Source of the DNA: Bacteroidales bacterium
GTDB lineage: Bacteria > Bacteroidota > Bacteroidia > Bacteroidales > WRLA01
Length of the DNA stretch: 64,000 nucleotides
NCBI GenBank assembly: GCA_965230045.1
Contig: OZ245940.1
Coordinates: 8,058-72,057 of the forward strand
Direction: 5' to 3'
The notes beneath the pieces are model-generated. The model was not told the DNA's origin and did not search any database. It was given only the letters and a program-made list of their open reading frames with translations. Below, one piece after another: positions 1 through 9,909 of the stretch (position 1 is the first letter of the stretch; each line of letters opens with the position of its first letter). The position numbers and the translations under genes were made by a program.

Positions 1-2
1 AA

Positions 3-2210
3 GTTACCTCAACGGCCTCGGTCATCGGCCCTACCATGCTCAACGATTTCCCCGAAGTAGAAAGTTTTCTCCGCATTAACCCTTGGGGCGAAACGGTAAT
101 TAAAAAAGACGAACGCACCTTTATGGAATCAAGGCTGCTGGAAGTCGATTCAACTTTTTTCGATTTTTTTTCCATTCCGCTGATACATGGAGATTCCAAA
201 ACAGTCCTTAACCGCGAACATTGCGCCGTGCTTTCCGAAAGCCTGGCAAAAAAAATATTTGGTGATGAATATCCCGTTGATCAAATGATCCGTATCGGAA
301 CAGACAGCACCTATTACCTGATTACCGGTGTGATGGCCGATATGCCGGACAATACCCACCTTCGCGGCAATATCCTGACCAGTTTCATGACCAATCCGCG
401 CTCACGCAACCAACACTGGCTCAGCAATAGTTTCGATACTTATGTCCTGCTGCATGAAGGCGCTTCTACCGATGCCATTGACCAGCGCTTTACCGATATG
501 ATCATAAAATATGTGGGGCCGGTAATCAATCAGTATTTTGGTGTTACCATGGATGATTTTCTCTCTCAGGGCAATAAATACCGTATGTATTTGCAACCGC
601 TGACCGACATCCACTTAAACCCGCGCATTGAAAACATGCTGAAACAGCCCAACGACCCAAAATATTTGTGGATTTTTGGCTCTATCGGTTTGTTGATAAT
701 CCTGATTGCCGCAGTGAATTTTATGAACCTCAGCACAGCCCAATCGACCAAAAGGGCCAAAGAAGTGGGCATTAAAAAAGTCAGTGGCTCCTCACGCGGA
801 ATGCTGATTTCGCAATTTCTTATCGAAAGCATTTTGCTGTCTGTAGTGGCTATGTTGCTTGCTGTTCTTTTGGTAGAATTTTGCCTGCCCTATTTCAATG
901 AGCTGCTCAATATTCACCTGCACTTTAATCCATTCGAAAATATCTGGATCATACCGGCTTTGCTTGCATTCTGTATTTTTACAGGAATTTTAGCCGGGAG
1001 CTATCCTGCTTTTTATATTTCCTCCTACAATCCGTATCAGGTTTTAAAAGGCATTCTGCGCAGCGGCCGGCACAACAGCAGCCTACGCAGCTCGCTGGTT
1101 GTGTTGCAGTTTACAATTTCAATAGTCTTAATCGTGGGCACAGGCATTATGTTCCGCCAAATCAATTTTATGCTCAACAAAGATCTCGGTTTTGACAAAG
1201 AACAGGTTTTGGTACTTTCCAATATCAATGCACTGCGCGATCATCAGCAAAGCTTTAAAAAAAATGTGAAAAATATTTCCGGCGTGATGAATGCTGCCAT
1301 ATCAACCGCAGTGCCGGGCCGAAATAACAACAATAATGGATATCGCCTCAAAGGGCGTGAAAAGGAAAGTTTCCTGCTGCAAACCAATTGGGTGGATTGT
1401 GATTTCCTCGACACCTATGGTATTGAGCTGGCCGACGGACGCTTCTTTAGCAAAGAGAGTGCCGCAGACAATGGCGCCTGCATCCTGAATGTTCAGGCTG
1501 CAAAACATTATAATCTGACGGATCCTTTTTCAGAACGGTTTATTGTGAGTGAAAATGATGCAGAAGAAATTGAATATATGCCCATTATCGGCCTGGTAGA
1601 TAATTTCCATTTTGAGTCCCTGCAAAAAGCCATCGGGCCTTATATGATGCGCTTCCGCGATGAGAATTTTCATTGGGGTTATGTCAGCATTCGCCTGAAA
1701 AGTGGTGTTTCAAAAGCGACTATTGAGGAAATTGAAGATGTTTGGAAAGATTATACTGGTAATGAACCCATGCAGTATTTCTTTATGGATCAGCATTTTG
1801 AACGCTTGTACCGGGAAGAAAAAACCAATGCGGAACTCTCTATTATTTTTACCATCCTGGGAATTCTCATTGCCGCATTGGGATTATATGGCCTTACTTC
1901 GTTTACAGTGCAGCAAAGAACCAAAGAAATTGGTGTGCGCAAAACCTTTGGCGCTTCCATTTTCACCATCTGGATGCTGATTAACAAAGAAATTCTCAAA
2001 CTTGTTGGGATTGCAACGCTTATCGCATGGCCTTTGATATACTGGGCTGCATCAAACTGGCTCAACCACTATCACTACCGCATTGACCTGAACCCGATCG
2101 ATTTTTTTATTGGATTTGCCATAGCGGCTTTGATTGCTTTGCTTACAACATCATACCGTGTGGTGCGGGCTGCAAGGATTAATCCTTCGGAGAGTTTACG
2201 GTACGAATAA
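3..2210 (+). CDS. FtsX/MacB-type ABC transporter permease (5' end lies outside the window)
   Basis: The frame is open from the window edge. It is paralogous along its whole length to the ORFs at 5764, 25087, 27465 and 61116. It has two FtsX-like TM modules separated by a large extracytoplasmic region, and a shared C-terminal tail ...RINPSESLRYE. Confidence 0.85.
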   Translation, partial: VTSTASVIGPTMLNDFPEVESFLRINPWGETVIKKDERTFMESRLLEVDSTFFDFFSIPLIHGDSKTVLNREHCAVLSESLAKKIFGDEYPVDQMIRIGTDSTYYLITGVMADMPDNTHLRGNILTSFMTNPRSRNQHWLSNSFDTYVLLHEGASTDAIDQRFTDMIIKYVGPVINQYFGVTMDDFLSQGNKYRMYLQPLTDIHLNPRIENMLKQPNDPKYLWIFGSIGLLIILIAAVNFMNLSTAQSTKRAKEVGIKKVSGSSRGMLISQFLIESILLSVVAMLLAVLLVEFCLPYFNELLNIHLHFNPFENIWIIPALLAFCIFTGILAGSYPAFYISSYNPYQVLKGILRSGRHNSSLRSSLVVLQFTISIVLIVGTGIMFRQINFMLNKDLGFDKEQVLVLSNINALRDHQQSFKKNVKNISGVMNAAISTAVPGRNNNNNGYRLKGREKESFLLQTNWVDCDFLDTYGIELADGRFFSKESAADNGACILNVQAAKHYNLTDPFSERFIVSENDAEEIEYMPIIGLVDNFHFESLQKAIGPYMMRFRDENFHWGYVSIRLKSGVSKATIEEIEDVWKDYTGNEPMQYFFMDQHFERLYREEKTNAELSIIFTILGILIAALGLYGLTSFTVQQRTKEIGVRKTFGASIFTIWMLINKEILKLVGIATLIAWPLIYWAASNWLNHYHYRIDLNPIDFFIGFAIAALIALLTTSYRVVRAARINPSESLRYE

Positions 2211-2212
2211 TC

Positions 2213-2774
2213 AACGTTGGCTGTATTCTAAATAACGGATGATTGTTAAGATTATAAGTTTTATTCAAAAGAACTTATAGATTTCTCAGTCGGCAATGCC
2301 TTTCAGGCATAAACCTCCATCGAAATGACCATCTTAAGGGTTATTTTGCAGGGGGAGGGCAGGTAGCGGGCGTTCCACGCCCGCTACCTGCCCTCCCCCT
2401 GCTTCCTGACAATAAAAAACGGTCATTTCGACCAAAACACAAAGCAAAGCGGAGTGTTGCCGGGAGAAATCTAAACTTCCTTATAAACTTATGTATATAA
2501 GTGGTTTGTATATGAGACGAGTCATGATTCGATGTTCTTAGATTATTTAGAGTTCGTCTATAAAGTCCAACTTCTGCGTTGTTGCTCAAAATCCAAATCC
2601 TCAAATACTTGATTATCCGGTTTGGATTTTTCACACGTACTTCGACGACGCTCAGCATAGCACCTTGAATTTGAACTTTATAGAGCAAACTTCCGACTCT
2701 ATGGACAGACACTATTTAATCCATTGATAATTGCGCTGTGAATCAACCTATATTTAGAATACAGCCTCAACGTT
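2213..2774. repeat. Composite palindromic intergenic element with about 22-bp terminal inverted repeats and an inner nested-hairpin module
   Basis: AACGTTGGCTGTATTCTAAATA (2213-2234) matches the reverse complement of TATTTAGAATACAGCCTCAACGTT (2751-2774). The inner module (about 2285-2475) pairs AGATTTCTC/GAGAAATCT and CGAAATGACC/GGTCATTTCG around a perfect GC-rich hairpin at 2348-2402. Confidence 0.7.
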
Positions 2775-2822
2775 TCAACTTTTCCAAAGCTCAAATGCGT
2801 TGGAAAAGTTGAAACAGTTTTT

Positions 2823-5492
2823 TTATTCCCGTACCAATTTTAAGCAAATTCGTTTGCCTTGGCCAAAGTCGATTTGCACGAAATACAGCCCGGAAGGCAT
2901 TGTTTTTTCCAGAAGATCCAGACGGATCCTGCCGGCTTCTTCATTCATTTCAACCGGCCATTGTTTGCCTGTTAAATCAGTAAGCAGAATGTTTTCGGCT
3001 TTGGTTTTGAATGTTGGGATTTCAATAAAAATTTCGTTTTCGAAAGGATTGGGATAAACCTGTATATCCGAGCGGATGAAATCAATGCCCACGCCGCCGA
3101 TGAGGACATCCAAATTTGCTGTATCGCCATTACAGCCAAATTCAGATGTTTCGTAACAAAATATACGGTCAGTTCCCGGGTTTTCCCACTCAAATCCGGC
3201 TTCATTGGTGCCCTGGCCACTGGCTAAAGTGCCGTTTTCTGCCCACCATGTCCATTCCGACCCTTCATGGAAAAGTACAGAATAATCGTAAGGCTGATCA
3301 TTGAGGACTTCTGTTGGTCCGGTAATTTCGGGCATTTCGGGCAGGGCATGTACGTGCACCCAAACCGTGTCTTTATTGGCGCAGCCCATTTCATCCCGAC
3401 CGGTAACAATGTATTCGCTTGTTGTTTCGGGGCAAACAATGATTGATGCTGCAAATGCTCCGGTATTCCAGGAATAGTTTACGCCTCCTGTGGCAATCAG
3501 TGTATCGCATTCGCCAAAACAAATCTCGCTGTCGGTGCCGGCATCGATTACGGGCGACTCATGAACCACGATATCCATTACAGAACCATCTCCCGCACCG
3601 CAATCGTTGGCAGGAACCACCGATATTTGCCCGCTTTCGGCATTATCGTTTACGATTACCGTAATGGTTGGTGTGGTCGTGCTTGCCGATGCAAATTCAA
3701 AACCAGAGGGCAAAGTCCATTGGTATTCTGTAGCATATTGCACAGGTTCAACAGAATACACCTTATTGCCGCCGCCCTGACATACATCTGTATCGCCAGT
3801 AATTTCGCCTGTGGCAGGCGGGATGCCAATAACTTCCACAGAAACACTTGCCGAACGGATATCTTCGCCATCATCGCAATCTACAAAATAAGTTATGTTT
3901 TCCGTGGGCTGAACCTCAGGGTTTTGCTCATTGGATGTAAAACCAGCCGGCTCTGAAGTCCATGACCATGAGTACGTTCCTGTGCCCCCGGTTGCCGAGG
4001 CACTGAGCTGGCTGCTTCCTCCGGAACAAATTGTCTGTGGATCTGCTGTTGCGTTCACTTCCAGATCGGTAATTGGCCCCAGTTCGCCGTTAAATTGTAC
4101 GTTTTGCGCATAAATATCCCCATCGTCATTACGGTCATCTGCCCATGCGGCAACAATTTGATAATCCTGCGCCATACCGGCCACCACATCGCTCTTGCCA
4201 CTGTTGGCCGATGACATATCGATTCGCTCTGATGCCCAGGCAAAAGAACCTCCCGCATCAACGGCAAAAGCAAAAATGGATTCGTTTGTAGCAGGATAAT
4301 CGGGCTGATCGGTACAAATAGCAATAACATTTCCGTCTTCGGTCAAACGGACTTGCGCCAGTTGTTTTGAGGCTTCCTCAAGCATATAAAACTCGATGCC
4401 TTGAGTTCCCCATAAGCGCTCGCCGCTTTCAAAAGCTATTTTTTGCCCGGCAATGCCTTTATAATTCTGGCTGTAACTTGATGAAGTGGTAAAAGCATAA
4501 AGGGCATTATTTTCATCGTCCCAGGCAATAAAGGGATATGTAAGCATATATGTTGATAAAACACTTATTTCCAGTCCATTTTGCTCATACTTCTGATTTC
4601 CCTCGCCATCAATATATTGTACAAAGGATTGAAATGTGGAACCTGCACGTGCGTCCATCCAGGCAATAAATGCTCCGCCATCGGGGCCTGTGGCTGTCTG
4701 TAAATCGTGATATGATTTGAATACGCTTGTGTTGAGCACAGCCACATGATTATCCCAAACCGCATTACCATCCGCATCATATTTTTGTATATAAATCATT
4801 ACATTTTGGCTGTTGGGTGGCGTATAAGCTGTATAAACGGCAAAGACGGCATCATCGCTGGCAGGCACCAGCCAAATATTATTGTATTCCATGCCGGTAT
4901 TGTCCTGCAAAACAACGCCCTCTCCCCATTGCAAGGCTCCAGCCGGATTGAGTTTTTGTAGTACGATTACAGATTCATCGCCCGAGCGTATCCAGCCGGT
5001 AACAATATTTCCTGCATCAGTAAAAGCAATTTTTGGATCTGCAGTAAAATCTTCATCATCCGAAAGCTGTATGCCATCTTCGCCCCATTCAAATTGTCCG
5101 GAAGGGCTGATTTTATAAATATATGCATTATTAAAGCCGTTACGGATATCCTGAAATGCAATATAAATACGGTTATCCGGACCGGCAATCATACTGTAAT
5201 CTGTAATCCAGCTCATGCTTTCATTATCGGATATCAATAATCCGCCCGATTCCCATTCACGATGTCCGAATACATCGTAACGCTGCATGCGTACATTATA
5301 ATTGCCGTTTTCGGGGCTGAACCAGCTGATGTAGGTGTCGCCATTGGTTTGCGTGGAAACCTTGGGAATGGCCTGCTGCCCGCTGAGTGTGGCAACAGCT
5401 TTGTTGTCAGTGGGAGAACTGCTCCATTGTGCAAAAAGCTGCGGGCAGCTAAAAAGCAGGAGCATACTGATAATGGGTAGGATTTGTTTCAT
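2823..5492 (-). CDS. Large secreted protein with a T9SS C-terminal sorting domain (N-terminal beta-propeller-like repeats, Cys-containing Ig/PKD-like modules)
   Basis: Signal peptide MKQILPIISMLLLFSCPQLFAQ starts at the ATG at 5492. The C-terminus ...VYPNPFENEIFIEIP...LTDLTGKQ...GLYFVQI is typical of a Por_Secre_tail. The repeated ...C.GG...L.A...GG...Y.W modules fit Ig/PKD-like domains. Confidence 0.8.
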   Translation of the reverse strand: MKQILPIISMLLLFSCPQLFAQWSSSPTDNKAVATLSGQQAIPKVSTQTNGDTYISWFSPENGNYNVRMQRYDVFGHREWESGGLLISDNESMSWITDYSMIAGPDNRIYIAFQDIRNGFNNAYIYKISPSGQFEWGEDGIQLSDDEDFTADPKIAFTDAGNIVTGWIRSGDESVIVLQKLNPAGALQWGEGVVLQDNTGMEYNNIWLVPASDDAVFAVYTAYTPPNSQNVMIYIQKYDADGNAVWDNHVAVLNTSVFKSYHDLQTATGPDGGAFIAWMDARAGSTFQSFVQYIDGEGNQKYEQNGLEISVLSTYMLTYPFIAWDDENNALYAFTTSSSYSQNYKGIAGQKIAFESGERLWGTQGIEFYMLEEASKQLAQVRLTEDGNVIAICTDQPDYPATNESIFAFAVDAGGSFAWASERIDMSSANSGKSDVVAGMAQDYQIVAAWADDRNDDGDIYAQNVQFNGELGPITDLEVNATADPQTICSGGSSQLSASATGGTGTYSWSWTSEPAGFTSNEQNPEVQPTENITYFVDCDDGEDIRSASVSVEVIGIPPATGEITGDTDVCQGGGNKVYSVEPVQYATEYQWTLPSGFEFASASTTTPTITVIVNDNAESGQISVVPANDCGAGDGSVMDIVVHESPVIDAGTDSEICFGECDTLIATGGVNYSWNTGAFAASIIVCPETTSEYIVTGRDEMGCANKDTVWVHVHALPEMPEITGPTEVLNDQPYDYSVLFHEGSEWTWWAENGTLASGQGTNEAGFEWENPGTDRIFCYETSEFGCNGDTANLDVLIGGVGIDFIRSDIQVYPNPFENEIFIEIPTFKTKAENILLTDLTGKQWPVEMNEEAGRIRLDLLEKTMPSGLYFVQIDFGQGKRICLKLVRE

Positions 5493-5763
5493 AATTGTTG
5501 ATTTTAAGATAAATGTACGAAAAAATCCATTACAAGGTTTCATTAATGCTAAAATTTGTGTAAATAATTATCTGATAAACCGCTTTGCCCTGCACCAGTT
5601 TTCTCCTTGCAAAGTGTTCGGAATCAGACAGACCGTTTGAAAAAATTACCAATATTTCATGCTTACAGAGCTTGTAAATACATATATTGTTGTAATTCAA
5701 CGCCTTATAAGAATGGCATTAGAATTGAACGTTTGGTCTAACTAACCCCAAAATTTTTTTCTT

Positions 5764-8190
5764 ATGCTCCAGACCTATATCAAACTGTCCGTGCGAAGTT
5801 TTCTGAAGCACAAATTTTTCACCTTCATCAATATTTTTGGACTGGCACTGGGAATTGCTGCCAGTCTTTTGATTTTTCAATATTCATGGCGTGAGCTTTC
5901 TTATGACGACTGGCACGAAAAATCGGATCAGATGTACCGCATCCGGCTCGACCGCTACAGTCAGGGCGAACTCGCCGAAGAAATGGCCACTGCGCCGGCA
6001 GCCTTTCCCTATGAGCTGCAAGACAACTATCCGGAAGTGCTTGATTTTACAGGTTTAAGCAATTTTCAATTGGAAGGATTGCTTGGTAAGGACGAGAAAA
6101 AATACCGCATCGATGGAAAGGCTTTTTACTCCACACCTTCCTTTTTTAAGATGTTCGACCATGAACTGGTAAAAGGAGATGCCGAAAGCTGCCTGAAAGA
6201 GCGCAATGCTGTTGTGCTTTCGGAAGAACTGGCGCAGCGCTTTTTCGGAGATGAAGACCCCATCGGGAAAAGCTTGCTGTGGAATAACCGTATCCCCATG
6301 ATGGTAACCGGTGTTTTCAAAAAAGATGTGCGCCCTTCGCACCTAAATTTTGAACTGCTCTACAGCTGGGAAACCATGGTTGGGATTTATGGCGATGCCA
6401 TGTACCAGCAATGGTTTATGGATGTGCCGCTCTGCTATTTCGTGTTTCAGGAAGGCACAGATATGGAAGGATTTGACAAAAAAATTGACCAGATGATCGA
6501 CAAGCGGCTTGGCGATGAACTGGCCAGGAGGAATGAAGCCATGGAGTTTTTTATCCAGCCTTTGGAGAGCATCCATTTGCATTCCAATTTCCCGGGGGAA
6601 GCAGAGAAAAACGGAAACTATAAATCGGTTTATTTCCTGCTGGTTATCTCGTTAATGATCATGCTCATCGCCTGGTTAAACTACATAAACCTGGCTACAT
6701 CGCGCTCCCTCGAGCGTGCCCGTGAAGTGGGGCTGCGCAAGGTAAGCGGCGCCACACGCCCGCAAATAATGGCTCAGTTTTTAGCCGAATCGTTGATTAT
6801 CAATTTGATTGCTGTAGCGTTGGGCCTGATTCTGGTTGCTGTGCTTTACCCCTGGTTCAATGAGTTTACCGGCCTTGAAGTTACCTTATTGCTCTGGCAG
6901 CAACCCATGTTCTGGCTGATTTTTGCCCTGGTAGTTCTGTGCGGTTCCATTCTTTCCGGGCTGTATCCTGCATTTGTAATCTCATCTTTCGAGCCTTCCA
7001 GCATTTTCCGATTAAAGAAAAAGGCCTCCTCGCGCGGCTTTAGTTTCCGTAAGGTGATGATTGTAATACAATTTGTTATTACCATGGTGCTTATTACCGG
7101 TACAATGACCGTTTACCGCCAGTTGAACTTTATGCGCTCACAGGACCGGGGCATCGAAACCGAACAAACATTGATCGTTAAATCGCCATCGGTCATCGAT
7201 TCCACGTTTTATCGTAAACTTGATGGTTTTCAAAATGAACTGCTCAATGAGAGCGAAGTAGAAAAAATCTGTGGCAGTTTCTTTGTGCCAGGCGATGAGG
7301 TTTGGTTTACGCTGCCTTTTACCAATGTTAAAGATCCGGATCAAAGGGGTTCAAGGACGCTTTGTGCGAATTTCACCAACGATCAGTTTGTGCCCTTTTA
7401 CGATTTAAAACTGCTTGGCGGAAGGAATTTTGACCGGAACATCCAGGAAGACCGTATTGCCTATATGCTCAGCGAAACAGCCATGCGCCTCATGGGACAT
7501 GACAAGCCTGAGGATGTCATCAATACGGAAATCAGGAACGACCTTTGGGATCGCGTTGGGAAATGCGTGGGCGTTTTTGAGGATTATCATCAGGAATCGC
7601 TCAAGGAAGATTACGCTCCCCTTGTTTTGGTGCATTTCCGGCATCCACGTTATGTAAAGAATTATTCAATCAAATTGAAAACCAATGATATGCATGCTTT
7701 GATTGGAATGATTCAGGAAAAATTTGAATCCTTTTTCCCGGGCAACCTCTTTGAGTATTATTTCCTGGATCAACATTATGATGAGCAATATAAAGATGAT
7801 GTACGTTTTGGAAAAACTTTTGGTTTGTTTGCCTTTTTTGCCATCATTGTGGCCAGTTTAGGACTCTTTGCCCTGGCGCTTTATTTTACATTACAGCGTA
7901 CCCGCGAGATTGCCATCCGGAAAGTGCATGGCGCCAGCGAAAGCAAGATTATGCGCCTGCTGAGTTTTGAATACATCAAGCTCTTCCTGCTCTCTGCAAT
8001 TGTTGCCTTCCCCCTGGCTTTCTTTATCATGAACCGCTGGCTGGATAATTTTGCCTATCGCATCAGTTTCGATTTATGGATGGTGCTCCTGCCATCACTC
8101 TTGATGCTGGTAGTGATTTTCCTCGCTATTGGATATCAGGTATATCATTCATCGAGGGCAAAGCCTGTGGATGCATTGAAATATGAGTAA
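5764..8190 (+). CDS. FtsX/MacB-type ABC transporter permease
   Basis: 808 aa. N-terminal TM (FTFINIFGLALGIAASLLIF), a large periplasmic domain, two FtsX 4-TM modules, and the tail ...KPVDALKYE. Confidence 0.9.
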   Translation: MLQTYIKLSVRSFLKHKFFTFINIFGLALGIAASLLIFQYSWRELSYDDWHEKSDQMYRIRLDRYSQGELAEEMATAPAAFPYELQDNYPEVLDFTGLSNFQLEGLLGKDEKKYRIDGKAFYSTPSFFKMFDHELVKGDAESCLKERNAVVLSEELAQRFFGDEDPIGKSLLWNNRIPMMVTGVFKKDVRPSHLNFELLYSWETMVGIYGDAMYQQWFMDVPLCYFVFQEGTDMEGFDKKIDQMIDKRLGDELARRNEAMEFFIQPLESIHLHSNFPGEAEKNGNYKSVYFLLVISLMIMLIAWLNYINLATSRSLERAREVGLRKVSGATRPQIMAQFLAESLIINLIAVALGLILVAVLYPWFNEFTGLEVTLLLWQQPMFWLIFALVVLCGSILSGLYPAFVISSFEPSSIFRLKKKASSRGFSFRKVMIVIQFVITMVLITGTMTVYRQLNFMRSQDRGIETEQTLIVKSPSVIDSTFYRKLDGFQNELLNESEVEKICGSFFVPGDEVWFTLPFTNVKDPDQRGSRTLCANFTNDQFVPFYDLKLLGGRNFDRNIQEDRIAYMLSETAMRLMGHDKPEDVINTEIRNDLWDRVGKCVGVFEDYHQESLKEDYAPLVLVHFRHPRYVKNYSIKLKTNDMHALIGMIQEKFESFFPGNLFEYYFLDQHYDEQYKDDVRFGKTFGLFAFFAIIVASLGLFALALYFTLQRTREIAIRKVHGASESKIMRLLSFEYIKLFLLSAIVAFPLAFFIMNRWLDNFAYRISFDLWMVLLPSLLMLVVIFLAIGYQVYHSSRAKPVDALKYE

Positions 8191-8192
8191 AT

Positions 8193-8317
8193 GGTTTCTG
8201 TCCAGAATGTCCGATCTCAGCGTTATTTCATTTGCTGGAAACAGTCATTTACTCTAGTAAACTCCTTGTTTCCAGCAAATGAAATGCCTCGACCTCGAAC
8301 ATTTTGAACCAGAAACC
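8193..8317. repeat. 125-bp palindromic intergenic element
   Basis: GGTTTCTG...CAGAAACC termini. The inner arms CATTTGCTGGAAACAG / CTTGTTTCCAGCAAATG form a long hairpin. Confidence 0.6.
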
Positions 8318-8385
8318 CGACTCCATGGCCGGACTCTGAATGGTTTTTGTATTCATCCGATGACTGAAAAGTTTACATTTTGATT

Positions 8386-8411
8386 AGCCCGGTTTATTCG
8401 GGCTTTTTTTT
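8386..8411 (+). terminator. Rho-independent terminator downstream of the FtsX gene
   Basis: AGCCCGgtttatTCGGGCT stem-loop followed by a T8 run. Confidence 0.7.
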
Positions 8412-8489
8412 GCTATTCATGCATTGTTTTCTACTTAAAAATTGCATAATTTTTTGTTCATAATTACAAATTGAGTAATTTAGAACAAT

Positions 8490-9527
8490 ATGAAGAAGAG
8501 AAAGCATATAAATCCTTTGCCAATTATTGATTATAGCGGATTTAACCCAAAGCCTGGCTGTATTCCTTTTGCTAAAAAGCATGAATATTTTGTGGTGACC
8601 AATATATCTATCACAGGAGATGCACCAAAGGACTTTATAAGGTACTATCAGTTTAAAAGAGACACTATTGTTCGAAAATCAAATCCTGATACATGGAAAT
8701 TATATTTGGCAAAACACGGTCATAAGCATTACCCAATGGAAGCTATTACAGAGTATTTGCTTAATCAAATCGGAGAAGTATTGGGGTTTAATATGGCTAA
8801 ATCGGGCTTGTTATGGTTAGGGAATCAGATTAGGTTTATATCAGAATATTTTATTGAAAGACAGGATGTTCAGTATTTGGATCATGGAGCTGACTTATAT
8901 GCAGGATATTTGCATGATAGAGAATTTGTTGAAGAAATAGAGAATACCAAACAGTCTGCCACGTTTTTCACAGTACAATTTACTGAAGATACGCTCAAAC
9001 ATTTTTTCCCAAGGAATTATAAAGAGCTAATGGGAGAATTTCTAAAATTATTAATTTTTGACGCTTTAATAGGAAATAATGATAGGCATTATTATAATTG
9101 GGGCATTGTTCGTCATATTGAAGGAACAGATAAGCCCTATTTCTCTCCAATTTATGATACTGCAAGAGGATTGTTCTGGAATGATCATGAAGAAAAAATC
9201 AGGGAGATTACTGGTAACAAAAATCGATTTGAAACGTTTATAAGAAAGTATGCCGAAGGGAGTTGCCCAAAAATTGGATGGGAAGATGCAGGGAGATTAA
9301 ATCATTTTGAATTAGTCGAAAAAATTGCCACCATGCGGGAGTATTCGGAAAATTGCACACAAATTAAGAACATTTGTGATACCAGCATATTAGATCGGTT
9401 AGATAAATTGATAGATGTTGATTTCGGAGACCTTATTAGTACTGAAAGAAAGATTATTATCAAGGAATGCTTAAAGTACAGACATAACAGAATACGAGAA
9501 ATATTTTTAGCTTTGCAACATGATTAA
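8490..9527 (+). CDS. HipA C-terminal-domain-like Ser/Thr kinase (putative toxin)
   Basis: ...LLIFDALIGNNDRHYYNWGIV...FSPIYDTARG matches the HipA-family catalytic D-x-H-x-x-N loop and the downstream YD metal-binding motif. It is 345 aa, about the size of HipT-type kinases that lack the HipA N-subdomain. Confidence 0.7.
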   Translation: MKKRKHINPLPIIDYSGFNPKPGCIPFAKKHEYFVVTNISITGDAPKDFIRYYQFKRDTIVRKSNPDTWKLYLAKHGHKHYPMEAITEYLLNQIGEVLGFNMAKSGLLWLGNQIRFISEYFIERQDVQYLDHGADLYAGYLHDREFVEEIENTKQSATFFTVQFTEDTLKHFFPRNYKELMGEFLKLLIFDALIGNNDRHYYNWGIVRHIEGTDKPYFSPIYDTARGLFWNDHEEKIREITGNKNRFETFIRKYAEGSCPKIGWEDAGRLNHFELVEKIATMREYSENCTQIKNICDTSILDRLDKLIDVDFGDLISTERKIIIKECLKYRHNRIREIFLALQHD

Positions 9528-9906
9528 AAAAAATAAACATAGCATTTGGAATAAAGAAGGACAGGCTTATGAGCCTGATTCATCTGCCATGAAAAGCGTG
9601 TTTTATTTAAAGTACAAAAATAATATTATAGGCACTTTGGTTTATGATAATCAGTGGGTGTTTAAATATTCAGAAAATTTCGTCAATTTTAATATCCAAC
9701 CTATAACGGATTTTCCAAATCCACAAAAAACTTATACCAGCGATGAATTATGGCCTTTTTTCAGGACACGAATTCCTGCTATAAATCAGCCTTTTCAACT
9801 CAAGAAAATTCAAAAAGCAAAGGTGAGTAAAAATGATTCGGTTGGCCTTTTACGGCTTTTTGGATCAGAAACAATTACGAACCCTTTTAAATTGCTGCCG
9901 GCTTAA
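9520..9906 (+). CDS. HipA N-terminal-subdomain-like / HipS-like small protein
   Basis: 128 aa. The pattern ...IIGTLVYDNQWVFKYSENF...ELWPFFRTRIP...NDSVGLLRLFGSETITNPFKL resembles the Couple_hipA N-terminal subdomain. The start overlaps the kinase stop by 8 nt (ATGATTAA). Confidence 0.55.
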   Translation: MIKKNKHSIWNKEGQAYEPDSSAMKSVFYLKYKNNIIGTLVYDNQWVFKYSENFVNFNIQPITDFPNPQKTYTSDELWPFFRTRIPAINQPFQLKKIQKAKVSKNDSVGLLRLFGSETITNPFKLLPA

Positions 9907-9909
9907 GCA

